A stretch of 64,000 bases of DNA, taken from the NCBI GenBank assembly GCA_973895155.1, contig OZ316891.1:13423037-13487036 (forward strand), read 5' to 3'. Position 1 is the first letter of the stretch; each line of letters starts with the position of its first letter. The position numbers and the translations under genes were made by a program. The stretch comes from Marsupella aquatica (lineage: Eukaryota; Plantae; Marchantiophyta). The notes under the pieces were generated by a model. That model searched no databases, was not told the DNA's origin, and saw only the letters and a list, made by a program, of their open reading frames with translations. Positions 52,152 through 61,473 of the stretch are shown here, one piece after another.

Positions 52152-53659
52152 AGTGGTGGACCTTGCCACCCAACGCCCTCACCAATCCCAGTACTTGCGC
52201 CTAAGTGCCCTTGGTGCCCCAACGCCTCCACAAAATACCTCGAGCAAGCATCCAAGTGCCCCTAGCACCACCTGCGGCCACTCCCATACGAAGCCGCACT
52301 TTCTCCCTTACACGACCGCTACTCAACGGTCCTCACTGTCTGCACAAGCAACCAAACACCTCGATAAGTAACCCCTCCGGATCTAGAACTCGTGAAGTCT
52401 AGCATCCTAACTCAAGCTCAACAGACGTTGGTAAATAGGTCAGCGATAGGTCCTCCCGATGCCATAAGCCGGAACCAGAATCCACGCCCACTGTCCGTCC
52501 AGGACAGCTCCTTCCTTGGGCGCGGCCCGGGTTCCCCCTCGTACCTATCCATCATCAACTGACTGCCCTGACCCCAAGACATGCTCATGGCCCAAATAGC
52601 ATAGCTTGTCCTAAAGCTTGTCCCAAGCTTGTCTCAACACGCCGGGACCAGAATGGCCCCGACTCTAACAACCGCTCCCGGTTCGCTCCACTGATGCCCT
52701 AGGGACCGAGCGCCCTTGGGACTCATCCTCCATACCTACTTGGCCTTGCCTCCCCAATGCAAGCTCCCTTGGGAGGCTGAACGCGGCTTGGCTGCTGTTC
52801 GGCAGGATTTGGCAAACGGGCGAGCTAACACCCGCACACCACGAGAACCCATGGCACCCCCAGACCCAGCTGAGCTTAGGAGGGCGTAGAGGTTTTAGCG
52901 TAGCCCTCCTCAAGAGCTTTCCAACGCCCCTAAGAAGTCCTCCAACGGACTTCTCGTTGGGAAGATATCGCCATTTTCGTTTGGAGGTTTCCCTTAGTGT
53001 CGCGACCGCCGCGGCTCACGACTTCGGCTCGCCCTTAGCCCCCAGGGAGACACCACTCCCCTCATATATGCTTTTGGAGACCTGCCACCCCCGGACCAGC
53101 TTTGGTCCCTAAACATTTGGCCCCCAACCCGGATTCCATCGCGCATAATGGGCGCGCCACCAACTGGCAACGCCCATAACTTTCTTGATAGGCATCCGCA
53201 AGCGAAGTGCCTTAGCTCGTTGTGACCGGGCCGACCCAGTGCTCATGCCTAGGTCCTCAGGTCTGATCGCCGCTCGGGGCCCCCAACCGGCCCAACCCGG
53301 CTTGGGCCACAACTTGCGCCCCAAGCGTCCGTTGCCAATGGCGTCAACTCCATTGGCCTTGGGCCCAAGAGGAGCTCACTCCCAAGCCCTCAGAACTCAA
53401 AGCCCATCCGATGGTCCGGACAGCCACCCTTGAGCCCGGCCCATTTCCCCTTGACCCAACTAGCCATAGGCTAGTCCAAGTCCTTAGTGTGTGTCCCCAG
53501 CTTGGCCCCGTGCCTCGCTAGTGCCACGTCTCATTGCCCACAAGTCTCCCCATGCTAAGTCCTCCCCGGATGGCCTATCCGGGCCTGGACCATAAGGGAG
53601 CTCGGCGTCGGAGTCAGCGACGCCGAAGCTAAGTATTAAGGTAGTCGAGTTCCGCGACT
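52152..53659 (-). repeat. 5' LTR (1,508 bp)
   Basis: Bounded by the PBS and the TSD. A TATA-like CATATATG lies near 53063-53070. Confidence 0.92.
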
Positions 53660-54422
53660 GATCTCCATCAATGTGTAGGTCAAATGTTGTGACATTGGTG
53701 TCTGCTTGCACAAATAACTCCAACAGTGAGGTGCATTCCAAGAATGCAACCTTGGATGTACAGTACACTAATTTTTTTACCCCTTTCGGTATTATATGAG
53801 TACAAGGCGGGAGCCATTTGTGTAACAGACATCAGGGTGGCAAAATGTGACATACAACTTGATGGAGATCGAACAAAGTGACGACAACGGACATCCAAGG
53901 CCGACTGACATGGATCTTTGACAAAAAGTTGCTATTCAGGAATTTCAGAGGAACCACTTTGGATTACAATGTATGAAATTACATCATCACAAGTTCTGCA
54001 CGGCGACAATAACAGTATCAGAGGTGGACTACCATCAACGATCATTTCAGCATCGGTGATTGAACGAAGAAGACTGACACCAGAGGAGTTGAGGGATAAT
54101 AAAAGCAATAGGCCTTTCAATCGGTGGAATTTGGAAGCTATGTTGGACCTCCTATGTTGGACTCTTTCAAGGCTTTTGTGAGCGCCAGCAACCTCTGAGG
54201 GGTGGACAAATCGCGGCAATGTGGAGAGGATTGTAGCCAACCTTGCCAATCCTTCTGGTCTATAGGTCAGTCACCTTGGGCATCATTGCAGAGTAAACTC
54301 GCAGAAATTGTCGGGTCTGAGAAATCACGCTTGCTCTCTTGTTTGTGTCATTTATGTCCGTAATGAAGGATAGACGACCATGAATGGGCAGAATGAGAAT
54401 TGTAAAATAGGTAGGAAAACCC

Positions 54423-54775
54423 GGGGTATTTACAAACGACAGGAAACAGCAAACAGTAACAGGAAACAGAAACTGGTAACAGGAAATGAGTGGTAATTTT
54501 TTTGAATTTTTTTTTGAAATTTGTTTTTGAAATTTGTTTTTGAAAATTTGTTTTTGGAAAAATAAGTTTTTTTTTTCCGATTTTGTTTTTTTGCTAGCGC
54601 CCAAAGCTAGCCAAAAAATGTTATAATTTAATTTTTTTTGGAAAATTTGACGTTTTAGAAAATATTTTGACATTGTTATTTTTCCTGGTAACAGTAAATT
54701 TTTGCTGGTAACAGGAAATTTTTTACTGGTACCAGTAAACCTGTTTCCTGTTTACTGTCACGCATGCCATACCCG
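54423..54775. mobile_element. Small non-autonomous TIR element nested in the hAT
   Basis: Left GGGGTATTTACAAACGACAGGAAACAGCAAACAG versus right reverse complement CGGGTATGGCATGCGTGACAGTAAACAGGAAACAG. Flanks GAAAACCC / AAAAACCC (7 of 8 match). Internal TGGTAACAG(G/T)AAA repeats and a T-rich core. Confidence 0.5.
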
Positions 54776-54947
54776 AAAAACCCTACTTTGCCGCTGAATT
54801 GGTGTTTGGCGTTCCTTTGTGACATTTGCAACTTTAAAAACACCTTTCATATGAAACAAAATTGCTTATATTAAACAAAAAATGATATAACAATAAAAGT
54901 GTTCACAATAGTAAGAAACCATGCTAATATAGTAATAAAAACATATC

Positions 54948-57829
54948 TCAAGGTTGTGAAAGGAAATTCCTAGTATTATTGTTACGATTTTGCTGCAAAG
55001 CTTGATTCCACTCTTGTTCTGTAGCCCATGCAACTGCATCACGATTGCAAGGTTGTTGAAATCCACCACCAATAGGTCTGTTCGATGTATACGGATTTGT
55101 TTCACTAGCTCCCCTGTACTCATTAAAGATTGTAGTAGCTTGTTGCCATGGTGCATATGTGTTATCCGTAGACCGACCTTGTACATCATTGTGTTGTGGA
55201 ACAAACGGTGATCTGCTTCCCTCCCCCAAATTATGCCTTTCTATGGTAGTGTGTTGTTGAACAAAATATGATCTGTTTTGGTCGACATCATTGTGGACAT
55301 TCAATGATGGATAAGCCCAAGCTGACTTTGGTTGGGAAGACATATCAAACTCTGAATACAATGATGCATGATCCTCATCTTCAAGTTGAGACTCGTCAAT
55401 TGTAGGATACATGTCAAAATTTGTGTCATTCTCCCATTCACCTACATCACTTACGTTTGTATCCAATGGAATACGCGTCAAAAAGTCATTTTCTTTATCC
55501 AATGATAATCCTTGCAGTGCTTCATCAGCATCATCAATTGTATCAAAATTGACGATGTCTTCTTCTTCAACCTCCACACGTGTTGCATCATAGCCTTCAT
55601 TGTCAAAGCACTCCGTGGATACTGGCCTAACACCATCAATTAAAGCTCTTCTTTCCTCATAACGTTGATATATAAACGAATGGGGGTTTCAAACTTTTGT
55701 AAACCCTTTTTTCACTCTCATGTTTGTGAATACAAACACTAAATCCTTTGCTTGATCATTTGTCAATCTATTGTGACTTGCAAAATGTATAAATCCATAT
55801 GAACTCCAATTTCGTTCACACGCTGATGCACACATCTTTTGGTGACAGATTTTTTGAGCCATAATTTTTAAATCTGGATAATCAACACCGTATGAATGCC
55901 ACCACTCTCCTGGGCTAACATCACCTATACTTGATTGGGCTCCTCTCATGGTTACCGTTGTGTTTGGCAGCTTCTTTTGCACCTCAATTGCTTGCATTTG
56001 GATGACATTAATGAGTGCATTCACCTCACGATCATGGTTGATCCCTTCCTTCACATTGTGTTCAGCATATCTGACAATGTATTGATTGAATCCTCTACAC
56101 AATTCTCCATCTCCTGCAACATCTAGTTCCTCATCAAAAAACATCCTCGGATTTATATATGCCGCAGCTAGCATAAAATCAGTAGTAAGAGATGTTCTTT
56201 GATCCATGTAAACTTTTAGTATCCTTGGCTTCAAGTACTTAGATACCAATGAACATTCCTCCATGCTTGTCTTCAGATTAGTAATCCCCCTTTTCAGACT
56301 CCAATACAACCACACTGACTAGGGTGAATCACCATCAAATTCACGTAGCATTTTCACCAACGGGAGAAAGAAGTTCACTGTGGCTTTCACTTGAGTCCCA
56401 AATGCATCTTGTTGGATCCATGCTTTAAGTTCATTTGCCTTTCCCCTAGTCATATGCCCAGCTGACTTTGGTCGAATTGGAAGTCTATCACGATAAGACT
56501 CCCATTTATCATCAATGACCATTTGTTGCAAAGCTCCTCTTAGCTCCAAAGCTCTTTGCGCCATCAAAAAATTGGTCGCAAATCTTGTTGCATTTGGATT
56601 CAATAGTTTTTTTGTAAGCTGATTTCCTCACAAATATTGCCGAAAGCTTTTGTGACGATGAAACTGCTTTTACTATCCATCTCAAGCGTTTAAAAACGAG
56701 TTTGAATGGATTCCGTCCACTCTCATCTACCACAATCTTCTTGTGACCACACATATCTTCTAGCAACAAGTTAAACACATCGGCAACACACCAACTCCAT
56801 GTGACATGTGGATATTTTTTCATCTATGTCACAACCTGCTACGCGATTTGCAGCCGCACCATCGGTTACAATTTGAACGATGTGATCCGGACCAATGTCA
56901 TCAATATATTTCAGCCACATCTCTCCAAGATATTTTCCATCTTTCCTATCAGCTTGTGCCGCATTCCAACTATCCAAGAAAAAATCAGCTTTAGAAGTCA
57001 ACAACATGACGTTCATCAATGGCTCCCTACGGATGTTTTTCCATCCATCGGATGAAAGAGAATATCCAAAAGGTTTTGCTTGCTTCATTGTTTTGGTCAT
57101 ATTTTTTGTGAGATCTTCCTTAGCCTCCTCCAACAACTTCATTCGCAAATTTCGCATAATGGGAAGAGAATACCCATTTACAATTTTTTTTGAAGTCTCA
57201 TGTACCGCTTATCAAAAATAAGGATTCTGTGAAACATTGAACGCAATACCACTTGTGTAGAACGCTTTTGCCCAAAGCTTGTCCAAATATGTTCTATTTG
57301 GAATTTGAAAAGCATCCATTATTGGGTTGGAAAGACTTCTTGCCCTACCCCTAGCAGTCAAATTTGACTCCTCGTCCGTTTGAAGATGGTTAGACGCTCG
57401 TGTGGATGCTTGTGAATTTGAAGTTCCAATATCTGGCCTACGACCTCTTGCATCCCGCAAAATGTGGGTTCCATCCCTTCGTTTGTATTTCACAGCTGAT
57501 GGAATTTTGATGACATTGTACATTCTGTTAATTTCATCCAAGTCGACATGACCATATAGTCCTAGGCATGGTGGCGCATCCCCTTTCACGATGTTTCCCA
57601 TCAAATGTGCCTTTGCTTGTGTTGCATGAAAAGTATTATATGTTTTGCAAAACTTGCATCTCCGATACATTCGGTTCACATCATTACATCTTGGCAACGC
57701 TTCACATTGCTCAAAGTATTTCCACACTGCAGAAAATTTTGCATTCCGCTCCCGAGATTGGTTTGGACCATGCCTAGGAATAGTGGATTGATGTCCAGAT
57801 TCACCAGACTCTTCCTCATCGGAAGACAT
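54948..57829 (-). pseudogene. hAT transposase (BED zinc finger, DUF659 catalytic region, hATC dimerisation domain, acidic tail), inactivated
   Basis: VWKYF...RCKFC...KAHL; SSDGW (D1); IVTDGAA (D2); CVADVFNLLLED (CxxH position now D); NATRFAT; PGEWWHSYG...ASACERNWS (E)...RLTNDQAKDLVFV. In-frame stops at ~57214-57209, 56321-56319 and 55691-55689, plus two frameshifts near 56820 and 56600. Intronless. Confidence 0.95.
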
Positions 57830-58664
57830 TGTTGACAGAAAGAGGACTCTATACTCTCAAGAATGAGATCGTCACCTCCAACACACCCTGAATTTAAAGA
57901 ATTTAACATCGCAAAATAAATATTTATTCCATGTGTAAATATTTCATCTATGTCAAAGCAACATATAACTCATATAACGAACAACTTAAAAAACCATATT
58001 TCCCAAGATATATATGATTCTTATTTTTTTTTTAATTTCTTGGTTGTGACGAATATAAAAGACTAGGACACTCTGTTGAATTATCCCAACCTGAGTCAAA
58101 ACTCGAAGATTGTGCAACAAAGTTTCCCCATCTCTCATACTCCCCTACATCCCTACTTCAGCCTAAGTTTTTGAATATATATAACGTAACAACCATTTAT
58201 CTATGAAGTGAAAATATTTTTAAGGAATCGTACACACATGTGAAATATCACATACCGAGCCAAGGCTCCAGGTACATGCACATGAGTTTCTCTATCCTCA
58301 AAAATATTTTGCTTCATCAAAATGATGTCACGTTGTTAAGGAAATATGGAAAACTCTTGCACGAAATATCCCAGGCTGAGCCGAGGCTCCAAGCCTACGC
58401 GTACAAGAATTTATACATATCCCTCCATTTAAATTAAACATAATGAGAATTATAAAACAATCACATAGAAGGAAGCAAAAACAACACTACAACCAATCAA
58501 AACTTTAATTTGAAACAAGACATACCTTTCTACTTGTTTTCTTCATTAGCCAAAGGGCATGAAAATTGTAGTAGCAAAGTTGTAGAATGAAAGAAAATAC
58601 GAGGAGTGCCACCTTTTATCCCCTCGCCAAAGCTCCTCGGACTCTAAAAATTGTCTAATTTAGG

Positions 58665-59275
58665 GTAATCAGCCGCCCTCTAACCCTAATCCGGCCGCCC
58701 CTAACCCTAATCCGCCTATCCCAACCAAGATGGCCCGACCCTCCACCCGGCCCCGACCCCGACCCTTTCGCCCGACCAACCCTCCCCGCCTTTTCGCCCG
58801 ACCTCCCATCCCGACCCTTCACCCCTGACCCTTTCACCTGACCGACCCTCCCCGACCCGACCCACCCACCCGGCCCGACCATTTCGCCCGACCTCCCTTC
58901 ACCGACCCTCCCCGACCCACCCACCCGGCCCAACCCTTTCACCCGACCTCCCCTCCCCAACCTTTTTGCCCGACCTCACCTCCCTGACCCTTCACCCCCG
59001 ACCCCTTCACCCGACCTCCCCTCCCCGACCCTTCACCCCCGAGTCCCCGACCCTTTCACTCGACCTCCCCTCCCCAACCGACCCTTCTCCCCCCGACCTT
59101 TTCTCCCGACCTCCCGTCCCCGACCCGACCTTCACCGGCCCGAGTCTTTTTCCCCGGCCGGGAGAGTTCGGGAATGGTCGGGACCCAGCCAAGGAATATT
59201 TGAGAATATCCGGCAAATTACTCATTTTTGGTCCGACAAATGACAACTTGTCGTGTCCGACAACACGACAAGGTG
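58665..59275 (-). repeat. Right subterminal CCGAC(C) array of the hAT
   Basis: Many CCCGAC/CCGACC copies (the left-end motif in inverted orientation), preceded by TAACCCTAA motifs. Confidence 0.8.
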
Positions 59276-59319
59276 TCCGGCAGCTCAAACCGGGTATATA
59301 ATAGCCTACTTAGGGTATT

Positions 59320-59421
59320 GTGTTGGCATGGAGCATTAATTAAAGTTGTCTTGGCATGGAACATTACTTAAAGTTGTCTTGGTATGAAGTACTAAAGTTC
59401 TCTTGCCATGGAGCATTAAAG
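59320..59421. repeat. Minisatellite, about four units of AAAGTTGTCTTGGCATGGAGCATTA
   Basis: Diverged 23-27 bp units directly visible. Confidence 0.7.
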
Positions 59422-60099
59422 TGAACATAAACTATTTTATAGCCTGCTTAGGGTACATTTTGGCAAAGTGTATTAAAGTGGAAATGGATTGAACCTTGAG
59501 ATGGAAGTTTTTGGAGCAAGCACTCTAAAGGGGAGGTAAATTGAACTGAATTTCATCTTTTGGAGCTAAATTTTGTTTTCCTTTCCAATTTTTGTTCTCT
59601 TTTAAGTGGAGAGATAAAGGGAAGAAAAGGGGGAGGGGGAGGTACTAGTCACTGGGCCGGAGGCAAGGGGGACAACAAAAGGAAAGAAAGGGAGAGCATG
59701 GGGGACCTAGAGGGAAAACTAGGGAGGCAAAAAAAGTAAGTTAATGTCCTCCCTCCAATTGCATTGATAATTGTGCAATGTATGGACATAGGGCTCAAAA
59801 GTCCATGTTGCCTCTACAATACGTCTTTTTGTCAATGGCTCCCTCCATGACATCTTTTGCACAATGACATCTTTTATGTAACAATACTTTTTTTACAGTC
59901 ATTGACATTTTTTGCACAGTGATCTTTTGCGCAGTGACATATTTTGTACAACCACTTGACCCTGGGACACCCTAGCCACCGTCTCTATCATGTCCCCCTA
60001 CCTGCATCACGCTCGTTCTCCCCAATAGAATTGCTTTCACAACAACACCCTGGGACATGCTTAGTTTGCCTCGACAATTTTGCCTTGCCTTGTCATTTT

Positions 60100-60430
60100 T
60101 TCTCATGACTTTCACATATTTTCTCATTTCAAGATCTTTTTCTCACCTTGACATCTTTGTCCAACCATGACATTTTTTATATCCTTCTCTCCTTGACATA
60201 TTTTCTGTCCTCGATATCTTCTCCTCACCTCAATATCATTTTCTCATGTCAACATCTTTTCTCTCCTTAATATCTTTTCCTCACCTCAACATTGTTTTTT
60301 CACTTTGACATATTTTCTCTCCTTAACATGTTTTTTTCATCTGGACATGTTTTTTTCATCTTAACATCTTTTCTCTCCTTGACATCTTTTCTAACCTAAC
60401 ATCTGTGTCTCACTTCAACATCTTTTGTGC
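60100..60430. repeat. Degenerate minisatellite CTT(G/A)ACATCTTTTCTC
   Basis: More than ten ~20-bp diverged units. Confidence 0.65.
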
Positions 60431-60503
60431 AACTCATGGGCATCAGGCTAGCTATCTATATCAACAGAAAATGGCAATCCTGGAGAACTATCCCAAAGGG
60501 AAT

Positions 60504-60952
60504 CTGCCAAGTAACATAATATATATCTGACTGCCACAAACAAGAAATTAACCTTGAGAGATAGGATACCAAGAACATAATAAATAAATGAAACTGCCAA
60601 GAACAAAAAACACAAAACCTGGAGTCAGGAGATTCAATAAAACGGAGCAACAAGGGAAAACCCCCATGAAACCAAAAGGTATATGTAGCTCAAACTGTAA
60701 AGGGACATTACCTATATCCACAAAAATTGTCAAACCTGGAGACCTATTCCAAAAAGGAGCAAACAAGCTATATATATCAAACTGCCAAGTAACATACTAT
60801 ATATCTGACTGCCAAGACCAAAAAAAAATTCTGGAGAGATAGGAGCCAAGGAACATAATAGATATCCAACTGCCAAGAACAATAAACACAAAACCTGGAG
60901 TCAGGAGTCCCAATAAAAGAGCAACAAGGAAAAACCCCTATGAAGCCAAAAA
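60504..60952. repeat. Diverged tandem duplication, ~280-bp period
   Basis: CTGCCAAGTAACATA.TATATATCTGACTGCCA...ACACAAAACCTGGAGTCAGGAG...GAGCAACAAGG at ~60504 and ~60783. Confidence 0.75.
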
Positions 60953-61078
60953 GCCCACGATATGATACACCTGGACAACATCATCTTGCCCACTGTATCT
61001 CCACCGCGAGATAACCAGAGGCAATTGAGCAGAGGCACGAGATGGGGTCCACCGTCAGCAATTGCATCTCGAGATTGA

Positions 61079-61473
61079 GGGGGGCTTTACAAGACGGTGG
61101 GTGCCGTTCAGTCTCTCTCCATCCAAAGCAAAGCTGATGGCCATTTCCTTCCACAAAAGTTAAAATGCCTGAGCCAAAATGTGTTAGGTTTGGAAGTAAT
61201 AATGCATTCACTGAAAACAAGCGGCCGTTTGCTCCAAGTTTTTAGACGTCCTCAAGAGGAGGTCTAAGTTTTTGACAAAAAAGCTTGCACACCCAGCAAA
61301 AAAAAGGGACCCACTGACAGATTACTACTGTAGGTTCGTAATGCTTTGGTTCATTGTGCCCCCAAGTTCATGTAAAGTGAAGTGTGGTCAGTTCCCACAT
61401 ATGAATGGCTAGGATTGCATCTTTCACTTAGAAAAAAAAGGAATTGCTGCCCCAAGTTCTTGTAAAGCCACCC
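61079..61473. mobile_element. MITE, probably PIF/Harbinger (Tourist-like), copy 2
   Basis: 16-bp TIR GGG(G/T)GGCTTTACAAGA; 3-bp duplication TGA at 61076-61078 and 61474-61476; interior homologous to 1689-2061. Confidence 0.7.

Larger units (their letters stand above)
45691..53659 (-). mobile_element. Ty3/Gypsy chromovirus LTR retrotransposon (7,969 bp), nested in the hAT
   Basis: Two LTRs (52152-53659 and 45691-46432), 5-bp TSD GATCT (45686-45690 and 53660-53664), PBS and PPT, and domain order gag-PR-RT-RNaseH-INT-chromodomain. Confidence 0.97.
45640..53916 (+). ncRNA. Candidate long hairpin / MIRNA-like precursor (~303 nt), split by the nested retrotransposon
   Basis: Joining 45640-45690 to 53665-53721 gives a 108-nt arm complementary to 53810-53916 (107 nt): about 86 Watson-Crick pairs, 7 additional G:U pairs on the plus strand, one 1-nt bulge, 88-nt loop (manual count). 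Expression is not shown. Confidence 0.55.
40268..59294. mobile_element. Large composite hAT DNA transposon (19,027 bp; ~11 kb without the nested retrotransposon) carrying kinase, RING and hairpin cargo
   Basis: Left end CCCGGTTTGAACTTGTCAGACA versus reverse complement of the right end CCCGGTTTGAGCTGCCGGACA (first 10 bp perfect). Exact 8-bp TSD TATATAAT at 40260-40267 and 59295-59302. Inverted GTCGG/CCGAC-rich subterminal arrays and an internal hAT transposase. Confidence 0.93.

Noticed and set aside
53857-53875. Hairpin arm contains CTTGATGGAGAT, which could encode LDGD as in the RDR or Pol IV/V active-site motif, suggesting a small RNA against silencing polymerases
   Set aside because: Only ~12 nt and the flanks do not fit the motif codons; cannot be supported without a target search.
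54058-54285. Possible second hairpin (GACTGAC-ACCAGAGG pairing with CCTTCTGGT...GTCAGTC)
   Set aside because: Only ~30 bp of interrupted pairing with a large unpaired interior.
45436-54351. Apparent third cargo ORF on the minus strand, in frame across the retrotransposon insertion (pieces 53932-54249, 53680-53898, 45436-45685)
   Set aside because: Six internal stops in ~310 codons, no recognisable motif, and much of the region is explained by the hairpin. An intact copy would be needed to revive the idea.
59320-60430. Short repeat arrays superficially like CRISPR
   Set aside because: Degenerate tandem units without unique spacers, eukaryotic context, no cas genes.
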